NCBI GenBank assembly: GCA_050949565.1
Contig: JBMNFY010000017.1
Coordinates: 1,056,001-1,120,000, forward strand
Length of the DNA: 64,000 nt
Direction: 5' to 3'
Source of the DNA: Kiritimatiellia bacterium
GTDB taxonomy: Bacteria; Verrucomicrobiota; Kiritimatiellia; RFP12; UBA1067
Shown: positions 19,202-29,354 of the stretch, in pieces
Layout of the letters: every line of letters begins with the position of its first letter
Position numbering within the stretch: the first letter of the stretch is position 1
Made by a program: the position numbers and the translations under genes
Notes under the pieces: generated by a model
The model's database searches: none
What the model was told of the DNA's origin: nothing
The model's input: only the letters and a program-made list of their open reading frames with translations

Positions 19202-20098
19202 TCAAAACACGCGCTGTAGCGCCATGCGGAATCCCGGTGCAGGGGTGCCGTGCATGGCCACGGTGTTGTCCAGCTGGTCGGCATACGTCTGCGGACGCAG
19301 TGTTACGCGGCCGGTCAGGATCCATTCGCGGCCCAAGAGGCGGTTAACACCTTGTCCCAGATGGTCGATCGGATCAAGCAGGAACAACGAAATGCCGCCG
19401 ATGGTCTTTGATCCCAAGACCCGGCTGTCATTCTCTTCGATTCTTTGCTCGCACCGGTACGCCCATTCACCGTAGATCCACCCGCCCAAGGGTGTGACAA
19501 ACAGGTCCTGTATTGAGGGACGCTCGGCAAAGGCCTCGATGCCGTACTCCCAGAAGAACGTGGACATCAACGTGGTGTAGACAAACGAATCCCACTGGTT
19601 GTACCCAGATTTGCGCGCCATCATGTAGTAAACGCCGCCGCAATAGGTGTGCCCGACGTAGTTGATGGCCCAGTCATCTTTGTCCCATACCGGGCTCCGA
19701 GAGACGTTCTTCCACCAGCGGCTGGGCAGATCCTCGATGCCGTCGTCGCGGTCCCAGTTGGTAACGCTTTCAGGCATGCAGTAAAGCACGCCGGCGGCTG
19801 CAACGCCCGCACCGAGCAGCAGCGTGGTCTGTGAGCGCAAACGCCGGCCATCGGCATTTTCCGAGGTGATGAACCACGGTGACGACTTGGCTGCGTCATC
19901 CATCTGTGCCGCGTCCTGATTAAGGTTCAGCGGCTCGGCTGCAGTTTCGACGTTCTCGGCCTGCTTGGCTGTCGCGGCGTTCGCGGAAATTTCAGCGGCT
20001 TCCTCTTGCTGTGCCAGCACGACCTGCATGGCGGGCACGGCAAGAAACAGAGCACCAAGAAGGGTTAAAAGCAGATTGATCGCTTGTCTGTTTTTCAT
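19202..20098 (-). CDS. DUF3943-like outer-membrane/secreted protein
   Basis: Signal peptide; WDKDDWAINYVGHTYCGGVYY..AR, WEYGIEAFAERPSIQDLFVTP; terminal Phe. Confidence 0.75.
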   Translation of the reverse strand: MKNRQAINLLLTLLGALFLAVPAMQVVLAQQEEAAEISANAATAKQAENVETAAEPLNLNQDAAQMDDAAKSSPWFITSENADGRRLRSQTTLLLGAGVAAAGVLYCMPESVTNWDRDDGIEDLPSRWWKNVSRSPVWDKDDWAINYVGHTYCGGVYYMMARKSGYNQWDSFVYTTLMSTFFWEYGIEAFAERPSIQDLFVTPLGGWIYGEWAYRCEQRIEENDSRVLGSKTIGGISLFLLDPIDHLGQGVNRLLGREWILTGRVTLRPQTYADQLDNTVAMHGTPAPGFRMALQRVF

Positions 20099-20379
20099 AG
20101 CGCATAACCTGTTTTGTCGTTTACAGAATAACTACGCTCACGGGGTGTTACCCGCACCGACGGATGCAAGATAGCAATTCCGTGTGGCTATGTCAAAAAA
20201 GGCGTCCACACGATGCGCGGAAGGCGGAGTTAATATTCAGGAATTGGCCTGAATGTCACGCGTTCGACTCGCATGAGCCTTGTCACCGAACGATTACGCG
20301 GCTATACTATCCGCCACACCTTAGAGAAGAGAGAAGGGCGGAGGTTCGCCTGCTCGCGGGTGAAACGGGAGTCTCTTTT

Positions 20380-21810
20380 ATGGCAAACACGGTCTCGCGC
20401 ACGAAACACACAAACTCGGCACTGCTGTATATCGTGATTGTTTCGGCTTTGGGTGGATTTTTGTTCGGCTTCGATTCCGGCGTGATCTCCGGTTGTGAGA
20501 AGGCGATCCAGAATGAATTCCAGCTTTCGGGCTTCTGGCATGGCTTCACGGTTTCCGGTGCGTTGATCGGAACGATCTTCGGCGCGTTCGGCGTGGGGTG
20601 GCCTTCTGACCGCTTCGGCCGTCGTCCAACGTTGATGCTGATGGCTGTCCTGTTCCTGATCTCGGCGGCGGGTTGTGCATTTTCCAGTTCACAGCCGATG
20701 CTGGCCTGGATGCGTTTCATCGGCGGCCTGGCCATTGGCGGCTCGTCGGTCGTGGTGCCGCTTTACATCGTGGAAGTCTCGCCGGGACCGGTGCGCGGGC
20801 GCTTGGTGGCCATGAACCAACTCAACATCGTCTTCGGCATCCTGATCTCGTACGTGTCGAACTACTTCGTCGCCAAATTCATGCTGTCGGGAAGCTGGCT
20901 GGGCAGGGCATGTGAAAGTCTGGCCAAGGTTTTCACCTCGAACCCCATGACGACCGAAGAGGTGATGTGGCGCGTGATGCTGGGCGTGGAGTGCATCCCG
21001 GCGATTCTCTTCCTGGTTCTGCTCTTTACCATTCCGGAGTCGCCGCGCTGGCTGGTGCGCGCGGGCCGCAAGCGTGAAGCGGGCGAAGTGCTTGAACTGG
21101 TGGGCGACCCCGATCCGGGGCAGACGCTTGTGGAGATCGAAGAGACGTTGGCGGAGACGGAGCGCATCGGGAACGTGCCGCTCTTCCAGCGGCGTTACTT
21201 GAAGCCGATTGTGCTGGCCTTCTTCATCGCCTTCTTCAATCAGGTCTCCGGCATCAACGCCATCAACTACTACGCGCCGCGCATCTTCGAAAACTTTGTC
21301 GGTGCCCAGGCCGCGCTGGCTGCGACCATCGGCGTCGGCACGGTCAATCTGATCTTCACGATGCTGGCTTTTCTGATCATTGACAAGTTCGGGCGACGCG
21401 TCATGATTATCGGCGGGTCGATCGCTATGACGCTGATGCACCTTCTGGTGGCATGGCAACTCTCGCTCGGCGATCAGGCCAACGCCGTGCTCGCCATCGG
21501 CGGGATTCTGGGGTTCATTGCCTTCTTCGCCATCTCGTCCGGTGCGGTGATCTGGGTCTTCATCTCAGAAATCTTCCCGAACGCCGTGCGCGCCAAGGGG
21601 CAGGCATTCGGTTGCTTTGTCCATTGGTTCATGTGTATGCTCATCTCGTGGGCCTTCCCGGCGGTGGTCGAGCGCGCCGGCACCTACGTCTTCGGCTTTT
21701 TCGCCGTGATGATGGTCTGCCAGATCATATTCGCCATCCGCTGGATGCCGGAGACCAAGGGCGGCACGATCGAGGACATCGAAAAGCGACTGGGCATTGC
21801 TCAGAGTTAG
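20380..21810 (+). CDS. MFS sugar porter (XylE/GalP-like)
   Basis: LGGFLFGFDSGVISG, DRFGRR, PESPRWL, FFNQVSGINAINYYAP, DKFGRR, PETKG. Confidence 0.92.
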   Translation: MANTVSRTKHTNSALLYIVIVSALGGFLFGFDSGVISGCEKAIQNEFQLSGFWHGFTVSGALIGTIFGAFGVGWPSDRFGRRPTLMLMAVLFLISAAGCAFSSSQPMLAWMRFIGGLAIGGSSVVVPLYIVEVSPGPVRGRLVAMNQLNIVFGILISYVSNYFVAKFMLSGSWLGRACESLAKVFTSNPMTTEEVMWRVMLGVECIPAILFLVLLFTIPESPRWLVRAGRKREAGEVLELVGDPDPGQTLVEIEETLAETERIGNVPLFQRRYLKPIVLAFFIAFFNQVSGINAINYYAPRIFENFVGAQAALAATIGVGTVNLIFTMLAFLIIDKFGRRVMIIGGSIAMTLMHLLVAWQLSLGDQANAVLAIGGILGFIAFFAISSGAVIWVFISEIFPNAVRAKGQAFGCFVHWFMCMLISWAFPAVVERAGTYVFGFFAVMMVCQIIFAIRWMPETKGGTIEDIEKRLGIAQS

Positions 21811-21906
21811 GATTTAGGAGTTAGGAGTTGGAATGGCTCTCACAGAGGCACAGAGGTTTTTGGAATTTGGACACGATTGACGTGATTGACAATCAGGAGG
21901 TAAGCT

Positions 21907-24030
21907 ATGACACCGCGCATACAAGCTTTGTTGGAACACATCCTTGAAAAGCGACACGCCGCGCTGCGCCGCGATGTGACGTGGACGCTGGCTGAACGCT
22001 TCTGCCAAGAGGGTGTCGCCCCGGAGCGCCGCGCGGCCGAAGGGCTGCGCGCCATGCTGGCGGCGGAACAACCGGCGTTCCTTCCCGGTGAGCGTATCGC
22101 CTTTATCCGCACTGTCAAGCAGATCCCGGATCTCTACACACCGGCCGAGATGGAAGCACTGCGCAGCGAGGCCTTCTATGCCGAAAAGGGCTACGTCTTC
22201 AACATCTCGCCGGATTACGCGACGACGATCCGCGAGGGTCTGGACGCGCGGCGCGCGGAAATCACGGCGCGTCTGCAGCGGGCCAAGGATGAGGGCGATG
22301 ACGCGGGCGTGGCGTTTCTGGAGGCTGCCCTTTCGGGTGTTGATGCCGTGCTTGATCTGGCGGAGCGTTACCGCGCCGCCGCGCAGGAGCAGGGACTTAC
22401 CGAAATCGCGGAACTCCTTGCGCACGTGCCGCGGCAGGGTGCGACCACCCTGCACGAGGCGCTGCAATTTTTGCGCATCCTGCACTACACGCTCTGGTGC
22501 GAAGGCGAGTACCACAACGGCTTCGGGCGCTTCGACCAATACATGTGGCCGTACTATCAGGCCGACATCGCCGCTGGACGCCTGACCGCCGACACGGCGC
22601 TGGAACTGATCGAGGAGTTTTTCCTGAGTTGCAATCGCGACAGCGATCTCTACGTCGGTGTGCAGCAAGGCGACAACGGCCAAAGCATGATGCTGGGCGG
22701 CATGGACCGCGACGGTAAGGATGCGTTCAACGATCTCTCACGCCTTTGCCTGAAGGCGTCGTGTGAGTTGGCTGTGATCGATCCCAAGATCAACCTGCGC
22801 GTGACCTCCAACACCCCGATGGAGGTGTTGGAGGCCGGCACCGAGTTGACGCGCCAAGGACTGGGTTTCCCGCAATACGCCAACGACGACGTGGTGATCC
22901 CTGGGTTGGTGCGTCACGGCTATGCGCTCGAAGACGCGCTCAACTATACGGTGGCGGCCTGCTGGGAGTTCATCATTCCGGGTTGTGGCATGGACATCCC
23001 GAACATCGGCGCTGTCTCCTTCCCAGCCGCGGTGGACCGCGTACTGCGCACCAGCCAGGCCGCGACCTTCGAGGCGTTTATGGCGGACGTGCGCGCCGAC
23101 CTCATGGCCGAGGCGGATCGCCTGGCCGCGACCTTCGCGACGGTCAAAATCCTGCCCGGTCCCTTTGTCTCAATTATGTGCGACGGACGTGTCGAGGCTG
23201 CGCGCGATGTGTGCGAGGGCAACCGCTACAACAATTTCGGCATCCACGGTACCGGGCTTTCGACCGCCGTCGATTCGCTGGCCGTGATCCGTCAACTCGT
23301 GTTCGAGGAGCGTGCGCTGGATCTGCGTGCGTTGGCGGCCGCAGTCGACAGCGATTTCGCGGAACAGCCCGAATTGCTGGCCAAAGTCCGTTTTGGCGTG
23401 CCCAAGATGGGCAACGCTGAGATGGCCGTTGACCTGCTCGCCAAAGAGGTGCTTGATGCATTCGCCGATTCGTGGAAGGGGCGCAAGAACGGGCGCGGCG
23501 GTATCTACCGTTGCGGCACCGGATCGGCGATGTATTACATCTGGCACGCCGACGAGTTGCCCGCCTCGCCGGATGGGCGATTGGCCGGTCAGCCCTTCGC
23601 TGCCAACTACGCGCCGTCGCTGAACGTGCCGGTCAAAGGACCGCTATCGATTATCGAGTCCTTTACGGTGCCGGACTTGGGGCGCGTAATCAACGGCGGG
23701 CCGCTGACCATCGAGATCCACGACAGCGCCTTCAAGGAGCGCGACGGGATCACCAAGGTCGCGCAACTGGTGAAGTACTTCATTGATCGCGGCGGCCACC
23801 AGTTGCAGATCAACGCGACCAATCGCGATCGGCTCAAGGACGCGCAGGCACATCCCGAGGCGCACCGCAATCTGATCGTCCGCGTGTGGGGCTGGAGTGG
23901 CTATTTCGTCGAACTGGACAAGCCATATCAGGATCACATCATCCAGCGTGTTGAACTGACGGTCGGTGGCGGCAACGCCCCCAGTGTGCAGAAAAAGCCG
24001 ACGGGCGCGACGCGGATGCCGCAACCCTGA
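21907..24030 (+). CDS. Glycyl radical enzyme (PFL superfamily), substrate unknown
   Basis: GRFDQY, single Cys loop VAACWE, SPDGR, C-terminal LIVRVWGWSGYF glycyl loop. Confidence 0.88.
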   Translation: MTPRIQALLEHILEKRHAALRRDVTWTLAERFCQEGVAPERRAAEGLRAMLAAEQPAFLPGERIAFIRTVKQIPDLYTPAEMEALRSEAFYAEKGYVFNISPDYATTIREGLDARRAEITARLQRAKDEGDDAGVAFLEAALSGVDAVLDLAERYRAAAQEQGLTEIAELLAHVPRQGATTLHEALQFLRILHYTLWCEGEYHNGFGRFDQYMWPYYQADIAAGRLTADTALELIEEFFLSCNRDSDLYVGVQQGDNGQSMMLGGMDRDGKDAFNDLSRLCLKASCELAVIDPKINLRVTSNTPMEVLEAGTELTRQGLGFPQYANDDVVIPGLVRHGYALEDALNYTVAACWEFIIPGCGMDIPNIGAVSFPAAVDRVLRTSQAATFEAFMADVRADLMAEADRLAATFATVKILPGPFVSIMCDGRVEAARDVCEGNRYNNFGIHGTGLSTAVDSLAVIRQLVFEERALDLRALAAAVDSDFAEQPELLAKVRFGVPKMGNAEMAVDLLAKEVLDAFADSWKGRKNGRGGIYRCGTGSAMYYIWHADELPASPDGRLAGQPFAANYAPSLNVPVKGPLSIIESFTVPDLGRVINGGPLTIEIHDSAFKERDGITKVAQLVKYFIDRGGHQLQINATNRDRLKDAQAHPEAHRNLIVRVWGWSGYFVELDKPYQDHIIQRVELTVGGGNAPSVQKKPTGATRMPQP

Positions 24031-24050
24031 AGGAGCCGGGGGACGGCGTA

Positions 24051-26000
24051 ATGACCACATGTTCGACACTTCGCCTGACGTTCGCGGTTTTCGGGCTTGT
24101 GGTCTGCGCCGGTCCGGTCTGCGGCGGACAGATTGCGGGCGTGGTCGTGGACGCCGGTGGCGTACCGCTCTCGCGCGCCTGGGTCATGACCTGCAATGGG
24201 CAGATTGTCCAGTCTGGAACGGACGGTGCTTTTACGATCGACGGTCTGGCGGACGGCGGCTATGCGGTCAAAGCGGTTTTCCCGGGCATGGCGGATGCGG
24301 TTTCCGCGCGGCTTGCGGTCACCTCGGATGTGCCGGTCACCTGCCGCCTGCAAATGACGCCGTCCGAAACGGCGGTCGTCTTTGGCTGTGTCACGGATGC
24401 GGTAACGGGTAAAGGTCTCGCGGCTTGGTTTGAAGCCCGAAGCGACTCAAAACCCATACGGTGGTTCGACGTGGCGGGCCGGCTTTATGGCGGGCGAACC
24501 GATCTACCGTCCGGGGTCTGGCATCAGGCTAATCGTCGTTTCTGGACCTCCGGCATGTTTGCTTTCTCGGCTGATCCGGGTCGGTTGCGCTTGACGGTTC
24601 GGGCGGACGGTTATGCACCGGTCACCGTTGAACGGGACTTGCGGGCGGGAGGTCAGGAATCACTCGCTATCGCCCTGAAGCCGTTGTTCGATCCTGCGGC
24701 AGCGGGATGGTACAAAGGCGATTTCCATGCGCATGGTGTTCATGGCGAGCGGTTCTACGATGTGAACATTCCCATGATCGCCTTCATGCTCCGCGCCGAG
24801 CATTACCGCTGGTTCTATCTCTCTTCCGACTTCAACAACGATGGCGTCCGCGTCGACGCCGCGTCGGCGGCTGCGGGTGCGAGCGGCTCCGATCTTCTGC
24901 TCTTTCTGAACGCGGAGTATCCGAAGACGGCTGGCGGCCATGTCGGCTCGGTCGGGATCGGGCCGCCAGCGAAACCGCGTCCCTATCCGCGTTACGCGAA
25001 CATCGAGGTGATCAAGGCTGACATCGTAGATCAAGGCGGTGCGGCTGTCCCGGTTCATCCGCTCTACGGGCACATGCGCTCCAGAGAGTTGCCGTTCATG
25101 CTTCTCGGTGCGCCGGAGTTGATCTGCGGGTTCGATTTTTACACGTCGTGGAATCCGGCGAGCGAAAAGACCTGGGCGCTTTTTCTCAACAAGGGCTACC
25201 GCCTCTGCCGGACGGCCACCAGCGACGCCGCCTTTGATCTGGGACGGACACCGGGAACGATGGGTGCCACCTTCATCCGTCCGGCCGACGGTCGGCTGAG
25301 TCGCGAGAGTGTCGTCGAGGCGTTTAAAAGCGGCCGGACGACGATCTCTTGGGACGGGGTGTTGCTGCTGTTCACAGTCGACGGCGCGGACTGTGGCACG
25401 GTTTTCCCCATAGAAGAAGCGGTGCGGAAGGCCGTCGTCACGCTTCACGATACGCCCGGCAAAAAACGGCTCGTGACGGTCACGCGAAATGGCGAAGTGT
25501 TCAAACGCATCCCGGTGACGGTGCCCGAGAGCGGCGTGACGGAGGTGCGCTTCGATCTCAGCGAGCGCGAGAAGACGTGGTACTCGGCCACATGCTCGGA
25601 AGACGGAAGGCTTGAGAAGGTCGTTGCGGCTTCGAGCCCCTTTTACTTCGGAGATTGGCGCACGCCCGTTCCCGTGCGTGCGCAGGTTACGGTAAAGGTG
25701 TTCGACGCCGAGACGCGGACGCCGCTTGATGCCGAAGTCTGCCTGTGCGACACGCAACAGACCGATGGGGTGTTCCGCACACAGGAAGGCGCTGCGCGTA
25801 TTGAGGCGCGGGTTTTTCACCGGCTCCGTGCGCGGCTTGCCGGTTACGAAGATGCGGAATCAGGAGTTCTCGGAGCACCGGCGATCCGCACTTTCATCGA
25901 CGCGCTCTCTGCGGAGGATCTTCAGTCATGGGAGACCTATGAGCAGGCGAAAGCGTTGCTGCAAACGGTCGAGTTGTCCCTGTTTTTAAAGCGGAAGTAG
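24051..26000 (+). CDS. Secreted PHP-like metallohydrolase with carboxypeptidase-regulatory-like beta domains (CehA/McbA-like)
   Basis: Signal peptide; N-terminal Ig-like repeats; GWYKGDFHAH, GGH, VHP, ATSD. Confidence 0.65.
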   Translation: MTTCSTLRLTFAVFGLVVCAGPVCGGQIAGVVVDAGGVPLSRAWVMTCNGQIVQSGTDGAFTIDGLADGGYAVKAVFPGMADAVSARLAVTSDVPVTCRLQMTPSETAVVFGCVTDAVTGKGLAAWFEARSDSKPIRWFDVAGRLYGGRTDLPSGVWHQANRRFWTSGMFAFSADPGRLRLTVRADGYAPVTVERDLRAGGQESLAIALKPLFDPAAAGWYKGDFHAHGVHGERFYDVNIPMIAFMLRAEHYRWFYLSSDFNNDGVRVDAASAAAGASGSDLLLFLNAEYPKTAGGHVGSVGIGPPAKPRPYPRYANIEVIKADIVDQGGAAVPVHPLYGHMRSRELPFMLLGAPELICGFDFYTSWNPASEKTWALFLNKGYRLCRTATSDAAFDLGRTPGTMGATFIRPADGRLSRESVVEAFKSGRTTISWDGVLLLFTVDGADCGTVFPIEEAVRKAVVTLHDTPGKKRLVTVTRNGEVFKRIPVTVPESGVTEVRFDLSEREKTWYSATCSEDGRLEKVVAASSPFYFGDWRTPVPVRAQVTVKVFDAETRTPLDAEVCLCDTQQTDGVFRTQEGAARIEARVFHRLRARLAGYEDAESGVLGAPAIRTFIDALSAEDLQSWETYEQAKALLQTVELSLFLKRK

Positions 26001-26006
26001 GAGATC

Positions 26007-26933
26007 ATGTCGGTCGAAGGTGTCATTTTCGAAGTGCGCGAGTTCTGCCTGCACGACGGGCCGGGCATACGGACCACGGTCTTTTTCAAGGGATGCCCGC
26101 TGCACTGCGTCTGGTGCCAGAACCCCGAGGGGCTATCGCCCAAGCCGCAACTGCTGGTCAACACCGCACGTTGCGAGCAATGCGGCGCGTGTCGGCGTGT
26201 CTGCCCCTCGCCCGATGCTTGCACCGCTTGCGGTGCGTGCGTGGCGGTCTGTCCGCAGGGGTGCCGCCGGTTGTGCGGTCGCCGCGTTACCGCCGAGGAG
26301 CTGGCGACGGAGTTGAACACCAAGGCGGCCTTCTTTCAGGCGTATGGCGGCGGCATCACCTTCTCGGGCGGCGAGCCGTTGGCCCAGCCCGATTTCATGG
26401 TCGAGTTGGCCGGTCGACTGCGCCCCGTGCATCTGGCGGTCGAGACCTCCGGGTATGCCGCGCCCGATGATTACCGCCGGGCGGTGGAGGCGGTGGACCT
26501 GGTGCTCCAGGACCTCAAGCATCCCGACCCCGCGCAGCACGCCCGTTTCACGGGAGTGAATCCGCAACCGATCTTCGAGAATCTGGCATGGCTCAAAGCG
26601 AGCGGACGGCCGTTCGTCGCGCGCATTCCGCTGATTCCGGGCGTCAACGATGCACCGCAGCAACTTGCGCGCTTCGCCGAGTTGCTGCAGGGGCCGTCCG
26701 GTCTGGAACGCGTGGAGCTGTTGCCGTATCATCTGACCGCCGGTGCGAAGTACGCGCTGGTCGGCAAGACTTACGCGCCGCCGTTCGACGAGACGGTCAC
26801 GCCTGTGCCGGACCTGTCGGTGTTTGCGGCGCGTGGCCTTCCCTGTCGGGTGATGCAGCACGGTGTGCCGCACACTGCGGCTGAGACAGACGGAACATGT
26901 GAAAACGAAAACGGAAAAGGACAAGAAACATGA
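26007..26933 (+). CDS. Glycyl-radical enzyme activating radical SAM protein
   Basis: HDGPGIRTTVFFKGCPLHCVWCQNPE, ferredoxin insert, GGITFSGGEP, LLPYH. Confidence 0.93.
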   Translation: MSVEGVIFEVREFCLHDGPGIRTTVFFKGCPLHCVWCQNPEGLSPKPQLLVNTARCEQCGACRRVCPSPDACTACGACVAVCPQGCRRLCGRRVTAEELATELNTKAAFFQAYGGGITFSGGEPLAQPDFMVELAGRLRPVHLAVETSGYAAPDDYRRAVEAVDLVLQDLKHPDPAQHARFTGVNPQPIFENLAWLKASGRPFVARIPLIPGVNDAPQQLARFAELLQGPSGLERVELLPYHLTAGAKYALVGKTYAPPFDETVTPVPDLSVFAARGLPCRVMQHGVPHTAAETDGTCENENGKGQET

Positions 26934-28336
26934 AACAGAGCAGACGAGATTTTCTAGCCGGGACGGCCTGGATGGGTATGGCGGCACTTTCGGCGGGGTG
27001 CATTAGCAAGGGATCGGGGCTTGCCGGCCTCGGTCGCGGCGCGGGTGCACCGATGCACGGATTTCGCGTGGCACCGATGAAAAAAGTGCGTGTGGGCATG
27101 ATTGGCGTAGGCTCGCGCGGCACGGGTGCCGTACGCCGTATCGCGCAGATTCCGGGTTGCGAGATCACAGCCTTGAGCGACATCAATCCGAAACGCCTTG
27201 ATGAAAATCAGGCGTGGCTGAAAGAGCGCGGATACAAGGCACCGAAAGAGTGGAGTCGCAACGGGGACGAGGAGGCGTGGAAGGGGCTTTGCGATTCAGA
27301 CGTCTGCGATGTCGTCTATTCCGCGACGCCGCGCCCGTTGCACGCGCCGATTAACGTTTATGCGATGGATCATGGCAAACACGTTCTCCAAGAGGTGCCC
27401 GGCGCGTTCAGCCTTGAAGAGTGCTGGGCGACGGTCGAGGCCGCAGAGCGCAACCGTCGCCACTGCATGATGCTGGAGAACTGCACCTACGGCGAAGAAG
27501 AGATGCTCGCATTCAACCTGATCCATAAGGGCAAGCTCGGCGAAGTCGTTCAAGCGGAGGTCGGGTATCAGCACGATCAGCGCTCGCTCCAGTACAATCC
27601 GCGCGACGGCCGTTTCTGGCGCATCGATCGCCACTTGCATCATCACGGCAACTACTATCCGACGCACGGACTGGTGCCTGCCGGGCGTTGCTTGGACATC
27701 AACCGTGGCGACCGCTTCGAATACCTTGTCTCGATGGAGACGAAGTCGGCCTCCTTCGAGCAGTTCGGTCGCGACAACTTCCCGGCCACCGACTGGCGGC
27801 ACAGCGCAAAGATGGTCAGGGGCGACATCAACATGTCGATGATCCGCACCGCGAAGGGCAAGGTCGTCACGCTTGCCCACAACGTCTGCACGCCGCGCCC
27901 GTATGATCGCGGCAACCTCTATATGGGCACGAACGGGATTTTCCGCAGCTATCCGTCACTGCTCATGTCGTGGGAAGAAAAGACCGGCGACAACGGCGCG
28001 CATCAGTATTTCCCGGCTGACAAGGCGCTCAAGATCAAAGAGGAGTACCGGCATCCCTTCTGGAAGGTCGCGGGCGACATCGCTAAAAAAGTGGGTGGCC
28101 ACGGCGGCATGGATTTCATCATGGACCTACGCTGGGCCTACTGTCTGCAGAACGGCTTGCCGCTGGACACCGATGTCTACGACCTCGCGACCTACTCCTC
28201 CATCGTTGAACTTACCGAGAAGAGCGTCAACGCCCGTTCGGCGGCGATCGACTTCCCGGATTACACGAAAGGCGGATGGAAGACCGCGCAGCCGTTCACC
28301 GTTGACGAGATCGACATCAGCAAGTTCGGGTGGTGA
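26930..28336 (+). CDS. Tat-exported NAD-dependent glycoside hydrolase GH109 (Gfo/Idh/MocA fold)
   Basis: SRRDFL Tat motif; IGVGSRG; MMLENC.Y; YPTHG; PRPY; GGHGGMD. Confidence 0.85.
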   Translation: MKQSRRDFLAGTAWMGMAALSAGCISKGSGLAGLGRGAGAPMHGFRVAPMKKVRVGMIGVGSRGTGAVRRIAQIPGCEITALSDINPKRLDENQAWLKERGYKAPKEWSRNGDEEAWKGLCDSDVCDVVYSATPRPLHAPINVYAMDHGKHVLQEVPGAFSLEECWATVEAAERNRRHCMMLENCTYGEEEMLAFNLIHKGKLGEVVQAEVGYQHDQRSLQYNPRDGRFWRIDRHLHHHGNYYPTHGLVPAGRCLDINRGDRFEYLVSMETKSASFEQFGRDNFPATDWRHSAKMVRGDINMSMIRTAKGKVVTLAHNVCTPRPYDRGNLYMGTNGIFRSYPSLLMSWEEKTGDNGAHQYFPADKALKIKEEYRHPFWKVAGDIAKKVGGHGGMDFIMDLRWAYCLQNGLPLDTDVYDLATYSSIVELTEKSVNARSAAIDFPDYTKGGWKTAQPFTVDEIDISKFGW

Positions 28337-28387
28337 GCGGTCGGTGACCGAGGAGTTAGGAGGGAAGTCTGGAAGGAGAAAAAGCAG

Positions 28388-29335
28388 TCACGATGTTTCA
28401 TGCACTTTTCTCCGCCGCAAGACGAGCCACGCCGCTACCACTGCGACAATCCCCGCGACGATGGCGATAGCGACCTTCACGGGGCTTCTAGCGGGCGCAT
28501 CACCCGGCAACGGCGGCAGGTCGGGGAAACTGTCTCGGAGGTCGGTGAGGTCGGACGGCGGCAGTTTTTCGAGCTCCGCTTTGATCGGAGCGAAGTGTCC
28601 ATCCATCTGGCCGGTCATGTCATGCATGTTTTGCTTTCCCGCCAAATAAAGCCGCTGGCGGCTGTTCGTATATGCGGGCAGACTCCGTTGCAAGAACTCG
28701 TCGGCCTGCACCATTGCAGAAGCGTTTGTCGTGGATAAAGCTCTAGCGAGAAAATAACCATTTAGCTCTTTTTTCTGCTCCTCTGAAAGCTCCCTTTCCG
28801 ACATGTGCATCAAAAACCACTCCAGCATTAGGCTCTGCATGGGCAACCCTTCCTCTCCTCCCATATCATCAGGTTGCAACGCTACCATCCGCTTCAAGAA
28901 CGGGAAGGAATCGAACCCGCAACTAACGATGTGAACGCGAACGGCATCCAGACGATTGTGTTCAGTGTGAGCGGTCAGAGCCATGCGCTCGATGAACGGC
29001 AGCCAGCGCTTGTCCTGCGTGCGGCCAAGCAGAACAAGCATTTGGTTGCACACCCCATCCCAGTTCCCCCTCGGCGCATCCTGCTTGTCGGGGTCCTGAT
29101 TATCGTTTGCCGTTATAGCCATCCATTCCACTTCCGGCAAAATGTCTTCGAGCGTCAGATTCTCGCGCTTCAGAAAACCCATCAGATCCGCATAGCGAGA
29201 ATCTACTGTCCGATATGATTCTCCGCCCCATTGCCGTAATTTTTTCCGAACACGCATGACCTGATTGCTGTCCATTTCCGCAAAGCACACGCCCGCAAGA
29301 GGCAGAACTACCAACAGAATAATCCAACGTTTCAT
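28388..29335 (-). CDS. Locus C cognate partner: signal peptide, variable helical body, conserved C-terminal membrane anchor
   Basis: ATG 29335 after AAGGAGAG; ends DLRDSFPDLPPLPGDAPARSPVKVAIAIVAGIVAVVAAWLVLRRRKVHETS like the locus B partners. Confidence 0.8.
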   Translation of the reverse strand: MKRWIILLVVLPLAGVCFAEMDSNQVMRVRKKLRQWGGESYRTVDSRYADLMGFLKRENLTLEDILPEVEWMAITANDNQDPDKQDAPRGNWDGVCNQMLVLLGRTQDKRWLPFIERMALTAHTEHNRLDAVRVHIVSCGFDSFPFLKRMVALQPDDMGGEEGLPMQSLMLEWFLMHMSERELSEEQKKELNGYFLARALSTTNASAMVQADEFLQRSLPAYTNSRQRLYLAGKQNMHDMTGQMDGHFAPIKAELEKLPPSDLTDLRDSFPDLPPLPGDAPARSPVKVAIAIVAGIVAVVAAWLVLRRRKVHETS

Positions 29336-29354
29336 CAGCGCTCTCCTTTCACCA

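Noticed and set aside
20164-20379. N-terminal extensions from the ORF track (sugar porter; also pcnB to 14616, GH110 from 33604, partner to 29440, orphan tips to 46754 and 48478)
   Set aside because: Downstream starts have better RBS or family-typical N-termini, and several extensions overlap neighbouring genes.
21808-21900. Short TTAGGA-like and CACAGAGG repeats (similar at ~19000 and ~57450)
   Set aside because: Too short and degenerate to assign a function.
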